This document shows, piece by piece, positions 35,497-45,325 of a DNA stretch of 64,000 nt. Origin of the DNA: a virus; IMG/VR virus record IMGVR_UViG_3300002056_000074. One strand, 5' to 3'. Below the pieces are notes generated by a model, which was given only the letters and a program-made list of their open reading frames with translations, was not told where the DNA came from and made no database searches. Within the stretch, counting starts at the first letter, position 1. Every line of letters begins with the position of its first letter. Both the position numbers and the translations under genes were made by a program.

Positions 35497-37015
35497 ATAA
35501 ATCATTATCCATATCACTAAATTTTATTTTCTGTTTAGAATATGGATATTCAGCCTCTTTATAAAATTTAATCCGTTCGCCCGTATGTCGTCTTGAAAAC
35601 TTTAAGTCATTCGTAAAATCATATACCTTAACTCGATCTTTATCATCCCCCATACGAAGTCCTCGCCCAATTGATTGAATTACCTTAATTCCTGACTTTC
35701 CAAAATTAACAAATCCCAATAGAAAAATTCTATCAATACTTAATCCTGTTGATGCAATTTGTGCAGTTGCATATAATATTATGCCATCTTCCGTTTGATA
35801 GCGTTGATAAATTTGTTCCCTAGTTTTTGCACTATCCTTACCCGATAAGAACAATCCATTTTGTGTTGCATCACAAAGGCGTTGTCCATGCTTAACACCA
35901 TCCACCAAACATAGGACATTGCCATAAGCATGACTAGCAATTTCAAGCTTATTGGCAACCCAATTTATATGATCTGTGTGTTGTTGATTATAGTTTTTCT
36001 CACTCGTCCAATCGGGCAAATATCCGTATTTAAAATCCATATAACTTAATGGAGTAGGTCTGGATAGAGTTTTTGTAAAGTCTCTTTTATATTTTGCATA
36101 TTCGGTTTCAAAGTTATGCTCAAGTTCATAAATCTCAATATCTAAATTTGAAACAATTTTCTTGTCAATTAATTCTCGTGCCTTAACCGATACTAGAACC
36201 TCACCAATAGCAACTCTAATAGCCATTAAATCAATGTCTTCCTTGGGCATTGTGCCGGTTACACCGAACCGATAGGGTATGTTTCTACCATGTTTATTTA
36301 AAAGCTCTTGTAGGACCGCTCCTTTGGCCTGATGTACCTCATCTACAATAACTACATCATAGTCCTTCATCATATGTGGTGCATTTTTTAATGACTGCCA
36401 TGTGGAAACAAGATGCATATGATTTGTTTCCTTTTTATCACCATAAAATATACCAGCATCTAAATTCAACAGCATATAATCTGTGTGTGTTTGTCTAACC
36501 AATGTCTTATTTGGGACAATAGTAAGGACTCGCAAATCATCCAAATCTTCATATATTTTTGTCATCGTTCCGGTCATCAATGTTTTTCCTGAACTCGTGC
36601 TAGCCTCTCCGATGCCGGAACCCTCTCGTGTTAATTTGTTTATAACTCGGACTTGATGTTCTCGTAAAACAAGAGGGCTTCCCTTGTATTCAATAGTATC
36701 CTTCCAATAATTTTCATCAATCTCATCGGGAATGGGTAAATTATTTAATCGCTTATCATCTACTTTAATTTTGTAATTATATCCCGTTAATATGGGAACA
36801 ATTTCATCTAATAGATTTATATAAGTTGATCCTTCCAGTGTAAAAAATGCAATTGTTCCATCCCAAACACCCAATTTAAATTTTGCATTATAAAAGCGGG
36901 TCGGAACCAAAATTGAAAATTTCTTCTTTAAGAGCTTTAAGTGCTCGTCATCAAGACCTAATATAGAACAATTGACCTCATCTTTGAGAAGAATAGTACA
37001 GGAGCGTTTCTTCAT
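35489..37015 (-). CDS. uvsW: UvsW-like SF2 DNA helicase
   Basis: WDG, LREHQ, STSSGKT, STWQS, VDEVH, GVTGT, QSIGRGLR. Confidence 0.9.
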   Translation of the reverse strand: MKKRSCTILLKDEVNCSILGLDDEHLKLLKKKFSILVPTRFYNAKFKLGVWDGTIAFFTLEGSTYINLLDEIVPILTGYNYKIKVDDKRLNNLPIPDEIDENYWKDTIEYKGSPLVLREHQVRVINKLTREGSGIGEASTSSGKTLMTGTMTKIYEDLDDLRVLTIVPNKTLVRQTHTDYMLLNLDAGIFYGDKKETNHMHLVSTWQSLKNAPHMMKDYDVVIVDEVHQAKGAVLQELLNKHGRNIPYRFGVTGTMPKEDIDLMAIRVAIGEVLVSVKARELIDKKIVSNLDIEIYELEHNFETEYAKYKRDFTKTLSRPTPLSYMDFKYGYLPDWTSEKNYNQQHTDHINWVANKLEIASHAYGNVLCLVDGVKHGQRLCDATQNGLFLSGKDSAKTREQIYQRYQTEDGIILYATAQIASTGLSIDRIFLLGFVNFGKSGIKVIQSIGRGLRMGDDKDRVKVYDFTNDLKFSRRHTGERIKFYKEAEYPYSKQKIKFSDMDNDLFA

Positions 37016-37470
37016 AAAGTAATATCTTCTAGTCCAGCGACACGAATTCTAGTAATATTGTTCATCGCATATCCAACATTACGAAAATTTTCAACTGCTG
37101 ATGCAAACAGGTCATGCAATTCCTTTACTTCCAACATAAGAATATAGACATTAATGTACGCCTCATCTGCATCGATATATTTTTGAATTTCTCTCTCACC
37201 CAATGATACATTACTACCCTTCTTAATACCTTTATATAGCACACCTCTTATTTGGGAAACCCTAGCTTCCATATAAGCAAGTATTTTTTTCAATTCTGTA
37301 TGGCGTTCTGAATAATAGGCGAACCAAGATGGATTTTCCATATTAATTTGCTCTAGAGTTTTATTTTTCATATTGATATGTTCTTTATAATTGGCATATT
37401 CAACGTCATAACGCTCTAGAACATCTGGCAATCTTTCGTACTTCTCACCGAGATCTATATCACCGGCCAT
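37012..37470 (-). CDS. uvsY: UvsY-like recombination mediator
   Basis: Helical protein next to uvsW; IQKYIDAD and NNITRIRVAGLE. Confidence 0.7.
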   Translation of the reverse strand: MAGDIDLGEKYERLPDVLERYDVEYANYKEHINMKNKTLEQINMENPSWFAYYSERHTELKKILAYMEARVSQIRGVLYKGIKKGSNVSLGEREIQKYIDADEAYINVYILMLEVKELHDLFASAVENFRNVGYAMNNITRIRVAGLEDITL

Positions 37471-37471
37471 A

Positions 37472-38056
37472 TCAGTTTAGTTTACCGGGAACATTACTAA
37501 CACTCTCAAGTAATCTAGATAAGTATTCTTTATCTTCCTTTTCATTCTCAGATAAATTATTAAGAATTGATTCCAAATTATCTCCAGCATCTACAATATC
37601 CGTTAACTCGGGATCGTTGAGTAATTCATCAACCAAATCACTCGATAAGTTTGTTCCCTGAACAGCAGTCATGGTCAGTAGATATTCAAGTGTAAAATCA
37701 ACATCGTTTCTATCAACAACTTCTCTACTCAACATGATATTAATACTTTTGGTCCCCCTATCCATTGTGGTCTGGTCAACTACCTTTATTTTATTTCCAT
37801 TAATATCAGTAACCATCTTCCCCATTGGGGGTATTGCAGATAGGGATACTAACATTCCACCATCGCCAATATCACCCTCAACATCAATAACGGCGTTAAT
37901 AAATTCTAATTTATAATCACTTGATATAATGTCTTGAATAATGGCATATTCTTCGATTGCTCGGCAGATAGGAGCAATCTCAACAAAAATTAATTCATTA
38001 CTTTTATTATAGTCCCTATATCGTTTTAACATCAAATCTCTCACTTTTTGTGTCAT
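37472..38056 (-). CDS. Hypothetical protein
   Basis: 194-aa ORF in the operon. Confidence 0.65.
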   Translation of the reverse strand: MTQKVRDLMLKRYRDYNKSNELIFVEIAPICRAIEEYAIIQDIISSDYKLEFINAVIDVEGDIGDGGMLVSLSAIPPMGKMVTDINGNKIKVVDQTTMDRGTKSINIMLSREVVDRNDVDFTLEYLLTMTAVQGTNLSSDLVDELLNDPELTDIVDAGDNLESILNNLSENEKEDKEYLSRLLESVSNVPGKLN

Positions 38057-39108
38057 GTTTTACTCCAAACCATCTCTTGCATACGCATCATTACGGCTGC
38101 TATATATTTCACATCAATATGCTCTCTAAGAGTAGTCTTATTATACATATCTTTTATTTTTTTGTCTAGATCATCTGCATATTTTAATAATTCATCATAT
38201 TGCATAGATCCATTTCGAATTGCCAGTAATTCATCAGCATCCTCTCTAAAAACATTAACTTTATGTGTATCAAGAATTTCATAACTCATCCTCAACAACC
38301 TAACAAGATGGCTCGCATTCTTACAATCGTAACTATACTTCTCTTCTAAAATAGACCTTTGTGGATTTCTATTCTTTTTCCATTCCCAATAATTCTTATG
38401 CTTGTTTTTAGATTTTTGGTACTCCTCGCGATTAAATTTGAAAATCGCCAATGGATTTAATGTAGTTCTATCAAAATTCGGGTGCTTAATGAACGAGCCG
38501 TCCTTTCGTGAAAGATATTCGCCCTTCATTTCATACAACCCATAAATATCATTTCCATATGGGACTGCAATGTGATCTTTAATATAATGGTGAATGGCAA
38601 ATGTTGAGGGTAACATTTTTTTATCACCAAACCATTGAACCAATGAAACATGATCTCTCTGTTTTGGGGGGGTTTTTGGTGTTGGTATGGATATCCATTT
38701 TGCATGACTTTTCATTTTATGAAGTTCACCATTTGCGTAACCTGCTGTTGATCTAGCTGCTGCAGAGGATAGTAGATTGCCTCGAACACTTCTAATGTAT
38801 TCGTATGCAGGACTTGTCTCGATGATATCTTGATCGCGGACCCACAATAGTTGAAGAATGTTTGGGTTTTGGGTGTAGAGGAGATTCATAAAATGCTTTA
38901 ATTCAAAATATTTTGTATCTTCCTCGGTTTCAATATCAATTTCTTTAATATTAAAGAATGGTGTTAGATAACTTTTCTGATCAGCGCAGAAGATGCCACG
39001 CATATCAACATCAGATGTCTCTATTGCAGTTCCATATGCATGAGATCCTTCTAAAACTTTACAAATTTTACAAATTTTATTGCGTTCTAATAATTCATTG
39101 GTGTTCAT
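38053..39108 (-). CDS. Pol-beta superfamily nucleotidyltransferase (RlaP-like)
   Basis: GSHAYG...SDVDMRGIF, QNPNILQLLW, YDCKNASHLVRLL, LLAIRNG. Confidence 0.85.
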   Translation of the reverse strand: MNTNELLERNKICKICKVLEGSHAYGTAIETSDVDMRGIFCADQKSYLTPFFNIKEIDIETEEDTKYFELKHFMNLLYTQNPNILQLLWVRDQDIIETSPAYEYIRSVRGNLLSSAAARSTAGYANGELHKMKSHAKWISIPTPKTPPKQRDHVSLVQWFGDKKMLPSTFAIHHYIKDHIAVPYGNDIYGLYEMKGEYLSRKDGSFIKHPNFDRTTLNPLAIFKFNREEYQKSKNKHKNYWEWKKNRNPQRSILEEKYSYDCKNASHLVRLLRMSYEILDTHKVNVFREDADELLAIRNGSMQYDELLKYADDLDKKIKDMYNKTTLREHIDVKYIAAVMMRMQEMVWSKT

Positions 39109-39118
39109 TGAATTTTAC

Positions 39119-40564
39119 TCAATATAAATGTTTAGTATATTCAAATTTTAGTTTACCACAATCCCATATTCTATACAAACCAGCATTATCACAGTTTTCT
39201 CTTTCGGTTAATTTTGGGTTGTAGTTTTTAATTTTATTTTTTAGATTTTTATGACGATAACCAAATTTATGCTTTCTTTTATTTTTTCCCGATGAATAAA
39301 AATATGTTGGTGGAACTTGGCCTATTAATTTCCATTCCGTATCATTATATAATTTCCCATCACTCCATCTAAGATCAGCATAAGTTATAAGGCTTTTATT
39401 TGAATGTTCTTTGGTGAAGGCTTTTATTATTTTGGAGAAACCGCCCACTACACTACAGTTAGTTGCATAACGACTCAAATTATAGACAGATTTAGTTTCT
39501 TCGAACAGTGCTAATGCTACTAAATTACCGTCACAATCTTCCAAGCCAATATTTTTTGTCCCCCTACCATTTCCCTGTATATGATTTTTATCAAAAAATG
39601 TTTTTCTTTTATAATAATTTATATTTGTTATTATATTACTATTTCTTCCATATATTTTATGGGCATTAGAGATTCCCAAAACATGTAAAATTTTTTTAAT
39701 TACCAAATCTTCATTTAGTAATATTTCATCTTCAAATATAGTTAATAGTCGATAGCCTGCCTTATTAGCATCAAGTAATTTTGTAGCATGATAATGTTTA
39801 TCTTTGCCTGCTTGCTCTGAATGGTAATATAACCCACAGATTTCGATAGCAATTGATTTATTTGGTATTACTATATCAAGTTCTTGTTTAGAAGAAAGAA
39901 TAGACCGATCATTTACCAAATAACTTACATTATGAAAATCTAATATTGAACATATCCGTTTTTCGTATGATGATCTGGGATATCGAACCGTTTTAATTCC
40001 ACGCATTTTCATATACACACCAACTGTTGAATCTTGAACATTCAACTCTTTGGATATTTCTATTAGACTTTTTTTAAATTGGTGATGTTGTTTTTTTAAC
40101 CATTTAACATCATCTAATTTTCTCTGTACATCATCTAGTAATGCATTTGGATGTACAAACATCTCCTTATTACATTTAGGACAGCCGATTTTCTTGGATA
40201 TATGACTTGCTAATGGTAATTCAAATTTTCCATGTTTTGGGCAAATGATAGGTATTACATCATTGTAATTTTTACGTTCCACCCACAAAGAATAATCATA
40301 TTGATTATTGTGTTTTTTTACTGCTTCGCGTTTATAGGAATCAAGTGATCTTCTCGGGGTTCTACATTTTTTGCACCCAGATCCTCTCATATGATTTGCC
40401 ACCGAGCATAGAAAAAGTCCATGTTCTGGGCAAATAACTGGAGTATCTTTTCTATGATAATCTTTACTGGTCCCACCATAAGTAACCCATAGTGAGTAAT
40501 CATATTTATTGCTATGAATTATGTTTAGTCTTTCTATAAATTTTTTTATTTTCTCTTCATTCAT
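39119..40564 (-). CDS. Hef-like putative homing endonuclease: Zn repeats, PD-(D/E)XK and GNAT-like C-terminal domain
   Basis: CPxHG repeats; ELDIVIP..IAIEICGLYYHSE; LLTIFEDE; NHIQG...LSRYA...VVGGFSK...TYADLRWSDG...IWDCG. Confidence 0.75.
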   Translation of the reverse strand: MNEEKIKKFIERLNIIHSNKYDYSLWVTYGGTSKDYHRKDTPVICPEHGLFLCSVANHMRGSGCKKCRTPRRSLDSYKREAVKKHNNQYDYSLWVERKNYNDVIPIICPKHGKFELPLASHISKKIGCPKCNKEMFVHPNALLDDVQRKLDDVKWLKKQHHQFKKSLIEISKELNVQDSTVGVYMKMRGIKTVRYPRSSYEKRICSILDFHNVSYLVNDRSILSSKQELDIVIPNKSIAIEICGLYYHSEQAGKDKHYHATKLLDANKAGYRLLTIFEDEILLNEDLVIKKILHVLGISNAHKIYGRNSNIITNINYYKRKTFFDKNHIQGNGRGTKNIGLEDCDGNLVALALFEETKSVYNLSRYATNCSVVGGFSKIIKAFTKEHSNKSLITYADLRWSDGKLYNDTEWKLIGQVPPTYFYSSGKNKRKHKFGYRHKNLKNKIKNYNPKLTERENCDNAGLYRIWDCGKLKFEYTKHLY

Positions 40565-40574
40565 TTAAACAATA

Positions 40575-41681
40575 TTAATCATCTTCAAGAAGAATATTTT
40601 CGTCAAATTTCTCTTTACGTCTCGCCTTCATGGTTTTCCCGTCACCAACATCTTCAGATTCGACATCATCTGCAATAATAGCTTCTAGGTGAACCGAACT
40701 AGCCAATTTTTCACATTCATCAAGAATATCATCTTGATATTTAGAAAAATTCTTCGATTGAAATTTATCACCAGTTTTCGAAAAAGTATACCATGCACCC
40801 GTTTTAGTTACGACTCCCAATGATTCAGCGATGGCCAACAAGCCATTGAACGGGTCCATACCAGCCTCATACGGAACTTCAATAGTAACAGATTCGAAAG
40901 GTTTAGCGAATCGAGTTTTATATCCGTAACATTTCATCCTAATACCAGTAATTACGTTATCAATCTTATCTTTTAGATTCAATTTAGTGACAAGAACAAT
41001 TTGACTACACGAATATTGTAAACTGTCGTTTACAACCCACACACCCTTACCGTTCTTTAAATCCTGATTAGCATATACCTGAGCAGTAACTGCAATTGTA
41101 ATATCGGTGCCACGAATATTATTCGTAAATGACTGAAGCATTGACTTAACTTGTTTTGATTTCTGCCCTTGATCTCCTTTATTCTCACCCTTTTCAAATT
41201 GGTCCTGCTCATTATCAGTCATTAACATGTTTATACTATCAATAACAATCAATACTTTCTCTCTATCTTCTTCATTCACACCATCATATTCTTTCTTCCA
41301 GCCTTGAATAATAGATGACACAGTTTTTTTACATTCAGCAATCGTTCCTGCTGCGACATACGAGTAATTATTTTCTGTATCTACACCCAATTTGGATACA
41401 AAATCATCATCTAGTGCATTTTCAGAATCAACTGCAACTACATACAATCCCATATTTTGTGCTTCTCTCATTAGATTAGCAACATTGAATGATTTCCCTG
41501 ATTGTGATGGTCCAGTAAATGCAGTGATTCTACCTTGTGGTATACCCCGAATAAATGATCCAGAAATAATCTTATTGAGAGCATAATTTCCAGTTGGAAT
41601 CCAATATGTTGGTGGTTCAGATTTACCTACTGAAATTCCAGCCTTTTCAATCTTGGTCATTGCGTCTTTCATAAATTTCAT
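40575..41681 (-). CDS. uvsX: UvsX/RecA-like recombinase
   Basis: IPTGNYALN, GIPQGR, GPSQSGKS, DSENALD, VIDS, GDQG, KTRFAKPF. Confidence 0.92.
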   Translation of the reverse strand: MKFMKDAMTKIEKAGISVGKSEPPTYWIPTGNYALNKIISGSFIRGIPQGRITAFTGPSQSGKSFNVANLMREAQNMGLYVVAVDSENALDDDFVSKLGVDTENNYSYVAAGTIAECKKTVSSIIQGWKKEYDGVNEEDREKVLIVIDSINMLMTDNEQDQFEKGENKGDQGQKSKQVKSMLQSFTNNIRGTDITIAVTAQVYANQDLKNGKGVWVVNDSLQYSCSQIVLVTKLNLKDKIDNVITGIRMKCYGYKTRFAKPFESVTIEVPYEAGMDPFNGLLAIAESLGVVTKTGAWYTFSKTGDKFQSKNFSKYQDDILDECEKLASSVHLEAIIADDVESEDVGDGKTMKARRKEKFDENILLEDD

Positions 41682-41728
41682 AAAAATTATACTCTCAATT
41701 ATTGTGGATGATTTAAAATAAAATAATA

Positions 41729-42718
41729 TTACTTATTTTTTGCAGCGGCCCTACGAGCCTTGATTCTAGCAATAACTGCATTACCATCATCCTCATCCTC
41801 ATCCTCATCCTCATCCTCATCCTCATCGTCTTCTGGCTCTTCTACAACCTTTTTTCGGCGCGATGATGGCTTACTAACAACTTCCTCTTCATCATCTTCT
41901 TCATCATCTTCTTCATTCTCTACCTCTTCTACAACCTTTTTTCGGGTGGTAGTAGGTTTACGGCGAGGGCGAATTTCTTCCCCTTCTTCGTCAGCATCCT
42001 CTTCTTCCTCATAAGCGGTGCCAGTCATTGCTGCCTTTAATTTGGCCTGAACACTCTCTAAACTAGGTTTTTCTGGAAGTAGGGTGGATAAATCAATCAA
42101 TTCCTTTTCGACCAACTCAAGTTCATCATCCGTCAAAGCAGTTTCTTTGCGAGCAAATTTCGTCCCCAGAGCATAATCAGACCACTTACCCTTCTTTCCT
42201 TTGGTGATAATGAAATCGGAACCTTCCTCATAATCAAAGGGAATTTCATCAAGATCTGCAAACCCTGAAACCATGATTGCATGAATCTGGGGACCAATGA
42301 CTACTGCCTTTACCTTCCCCTCACATGTATCATCAGGATTATCATATGATATTGGATCTTCCTTGACTAAAACTTGTGCCAAATGCGAAACTTTTCGGTA
42401 GAATTTACCACCATTAACCTCATCATCTTCATTATAGAAGCTCTGTGCAACATCACAAATTGGGCAATCTTCACCATACATCTTGAGGCATGGGACTGTT
42501 TCCTTCTTCCCATTAATTTCGAGTTTATGGACATGCTTTTCTACTAAAAACCCCCTCGGATTATCAGTATTTGCATCTGGGAGAAAACGAATGGTGCAAG
42601 AATCATCGAACTCCATATTGAAGAAATTATAATATTTCCCCTTAGAACTATTTCCACCCGATTTCCCACCACTAGCAAAGGCACTTTTCAGGTCATCTAA
42701 ACTAAATTTTTTAGCCAT
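41729..42718 (-). CDS. Single-stranded DNA-binding protein (gp32-like)
   Basis: IRFLPD, H...CLKMYGEDCPIC, G.DFIITK, acidic tail; next to uvsX. Confidence 0.85.
   Translation of the reverse strand: MAKKFSLDDLKSAFASGGKSGGNSSKGKYYNFFNMEFDDSCTIRFLPDANTDNPRGFLVEKHVHKLEINGKKETVPCLKMYGEDCPICDVAQSFYNEDDEVNGGKFYRKVSHLAQVLVKEDPISYDNPDDTCEGKVKAVVIGPQIHAIMVSGFADLDEIPFDYEEGSDFIITKGKKGKWSDYALGTKFARKETALTDDELELVEKELIDLSTLLPEKPSLESVQAKLKAAMTGTAYEEEEDADEEGEEIRPRRKPTTTRKKVVEEVENEEDDEEDDEEEVVSKPSSRRKKVVEEPEDDEDEDEDEDEDEDDGNAVIARIKARRAAAKNK
41787..41822. repeat. (TCATCC)x6 encoding ED repeats
   Basis: Seen directly in the SSB tail. Confidence 0.85.
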
Positions 42719-42758
42719 GTATTTTTCTCCAAATAAACACGTTTTTATTGTGTGATGA

Positions 42759-42787
42759 AGTATATGCTCTTAAAATCTAATTGTCAA
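42759..42787 (-). promoter_or_regulatory. Strong sigma70-type promoter of the SSB-uvsX operon
   Basis: TTGACA-17 nt-TATACT. Confidence 0.8.
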
Positions 42788-42793
42788 ATGTTT

Positions 42794-44203
42794 TTACGGT
42801 GTATACCACTCCATTGTTATTGTCTGACCGGATGTTGAAGCAACTCGCATAACTTGTCCAGCGGTCGGCCTATTTGGGGGCATAATCATTGTATAACTTT
42901 CAGTCATCACTGGAGACGATGCAACACGAGTTTGAAAAGTATTAGTACCAGTGTATGAAAATAACTCAAGCTCTGCAGTTGCAGATGTTCCCGCAGCAAC
43001 TGGTTGATTTCGTATAGAAAGTTTATTGGTGGTATTAAATGTTCCAACACTGGTATGAACTGACCCATCAAGTCTAACATTTACTTGCGTATCATTCAAT
43101 AATATGTCAGAATTACTACCATGACTAAAAAAACTTACGCTTCCGTTATTACCAACATCGGTTCTTGTATTGCCAGTGCCGCCATCAATAGTTATTTTAG
43201 ATACTCCACCATCATTAGGTATATTGATTTCAGAGGCAGTAAGTTGAATTAAATCATCTTGAAGTCTTATACCCGAAACCTCATTATTATTTCTTCGCAT
43301 AATAATATTACCAGAAGAATTTATAGAATCTGAGTTAAATAATATGTCAGCAATAATGGGGCTGGTGTCAATATCAAGTGTTAGGCCAGTATTAGTGCTT
43401 ATTCTCCCATTAACATTAATATTCTCAGCTTCTAAATTATCAACATTTATATCTTCGACATTTACGATGCCTACAATAGTTTGGGGAGAAGTATCCGTTT
43501 TATCTAAATAATCACCCAAATGTTGTGTAACACTACTAGCCGATATTCTTACATTTGCAAATGTTCCGGTAGTAATATCGGCAGCATCATGAACATGGGC
43601 TGTTGGTGCCCTTGAGTTTGTCAATCTTGGATCATTATCAAGAACAATTGCCTCCTCAAACGTACTTCCAACACTTACCCGCCAATCATCAGTACTCTCT
43701 TTCCAGAATAATGATGTATTAACTTGACTCCCACGCTCGATTTCAATTCCACCATTTTCAGTAGGTGTTCCAGTAGCATCTGAATTCAACACAATAACAT
43801 TATCACCAATATTAACTTCGGTGCTATTAATTGATGTAGTAGTACCTTGTACTGTTAAATTACCACTAACAATAACATTATCATCAAATGTTTTATTCCC
43901 TCCAATTGCCTGTGGCCCCGTTAAGTTAACAGTATTGTCTTCCATATATTCTAAATGTACTAGATCATTAGGGTTCGTTGGTAGTGTGTTAACGCTGGTG
44001 ATTCGTGGGATGTTATTGAAAGTTTTTAGTCCTGTTATAGTTTGTGTTGTACCTATAGTGACTAAATTACTGGCTGTTGTGTCAACATATCCCTTAGTAA
44101 TTAACTGATTATCATTGTTTGGTGCTGATGTTGATGATGTTAATGCCACCAATTGTTTGCGATGTAGATAAATTAACACTTTTCTCAAATTCACCATCAA
44201 CAT
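42794..44203 (-). CDS. Tail-fibre-like protein, C-terminal fragment (frameshifted)
   Basis: QTIxGxKTF and LxTKGYVD repeats, GNLTVQGTTT..DNVIVLN, AHVHDAADI. The first ~20 aa appear out of register. Confidence 0.7.
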   Translation of the reverse strand: MLMVNLRKVLIYLHRKQLVALTSSTSAPNNDNQLITKGYVDTTASNLVTIGTTQTITGLKTFNNIPRITSVNTLPTNPNDLVHLEYMEDNTVNLTGPQAIGGNKTFDDNVIVSGNLTVQGTTTSINSTEVNIGDNVIVLNSDATGTPTENGGIEIERGSQVNTSLFWKESTDDWRVSVGSTFEEAIVLDNDPRLTNSRAPTAHVHDAADITTGTFANVRISASSVTQHLGDYLDKTDTSPQTIVGIVNVEDINVDNLEAENINVNGRISTNTGLTLDIDTSPIIADILFNSDSINSSGNIIMRRNNNEVSGIRLQDDLIQLTASEINIPNDGGVSKITIDGGTGNTRTDVGNNGSVSFFSHGSNSDILLNDTQVNVRLDGSVHTSVGTFNTTNKLSIRNQPVAAGTSATAELELFSYTGTNTFQTRVASSPVMTESYTMIMPPNRPTAGQVMRVASTSGQTITMEWYTP

Positions 44204-45227
44204 ACCCTTTAGTTGTTAATTGTGCATCTACAGTTGGGGTGACTGTTGATGATGACATTTGTGGCAAAATAGTAAATGTCTTATTTCCACCAATCGTTTG
44301 CGATGTAGATCTATCAATAAAATTCGAAGTATTTACAGATTGATCATCAACATATCCCTTAGTAGCCAAGTGGCGATCATTAGTTGGATCTGTATTGGAT
44401 GACATTATTGGCCAATTGGCGGTTGAAAATGTTTTAACACTTAAAATTGTTTGTGGATCATTCAAAGTAACAAAATCGGTTGAATCAACCACTAATGAAT
44501 CAACATAACCTTTAGTTGTTAATGTTTGATCATTGTTTTGTGATGTAGTTGGAATTCCAAATACTGGCTTATTCACTGAAATACTATCATCTAATAAAAA
44601 AATATTAGTATGATCTGTACTAGTAGTATGTTGGTGTCTTATTAAAAGTGAATTACCCACATCCTCTATGCTTGCTTTGAGATCACCTACTCTCTGAAAA
44701 AACATCGCAGGATTTGAGGATGATGAGTCTATTATTAACTTGGGACTCGTATTTTCAATTTTTAAATCATTGGTAATTGTTCCACCATTAAACGGTGGGC
44801 TAATATTTGCGGCGATTTCAGTATCAACGTATCCCTTATTGATTAAATCATTATCATCCACAATAGAATTAATCGCGGAAGTCTCCATTCTCACTGGTGC
44901 AGCTGAAAGTATAAAACTCTCAACGTCTGTACTAATACTGTCTGTAGATACAATTCCCTTAAATTTTGTATTATCTGAAAACGTCTTAACGCCACCAACC
45001 AATTGATTGGTATTAACAGTAACAAAGTTATTAGATAAGAAAGATTCTGTAGGAACAGGTTCCCATGTATTTGTCGAATCCCAAACAAACGCCTGATCAA
45101 GATCAGTATCATATACTAGAGTAGCAACTCTTTGGGGTACAAATAATAATCGCTCAGCCGTTGTGTAATGAGCTAAACTAAAACCCGTTTCACTATATGA
45201 TTCACCCTTCAGTTCAAACTCTGACAT
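44112..45227 (-). CDS. Tail-fibre-like protein, N-terminal fragment
   Basis: Same repeats; ends mid-repeat at QTIGGI. Confidence 0.7.
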   Translation of the reverse strand: MSEFELKGESYSETGFSLAHYTTAERLLFVPQRVATLVYDTDLDQAFVWDSTNTWEPVPTESFLSNNFVTVNTNQLVGGVKTFSDNTKFKGIVSTDSISTDVESFILSAAPVRMETSAINSIVDDNDLINKGYVDTEIAANISPPFNGGTITNDLKIENTSPKLIIDSSSSNPAMFFQRVGDLKASIEDVGNSLLIRHQHTTSTDHTNIFLLDDSISVNKPVFGIPTTSQNNDQTLTTKGYVDSLVVDSTDFVTLNDPQTILSVKTFSTANWPIMSSNTDPTNDRHLATKGYVDDQSVNTSNFIDRSTSQTIGGNKTFTILPQMSSSTVTPTVDAQLTTKGYVDGEFEKSVNLSTSQTIGGINIINISTKQ

Positions 45228-45257
45228 CTACAGTCTCCACCATCCACATATTAACTT

Positions 45258-45265
45258 TATTTATA
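45258..45265 (-). promoter_or_regulatory. Late promoter TATAAATA
   Basis: Exact match upstream of the fibre gene. Confidence 0.65.
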
Positions 45266-45276
45266 TATTTTAATAG

Positions 45277-45312
45277 GGAGTTCTCTCCCACCAATAAGTG
45301 AGAGAGAACTCC
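45277..45312 (-). terminator. Intergenic hairpin (terminator or stabiliser)
   Basis: GGAGTTCTCTCTCAC-TTATTG-GTGGGAGAGAACTCC with one G-U pair; no clear U-tract. Confidence 0.55.
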
Positions 45313-45325
45313 ATGTAATTAAAAA

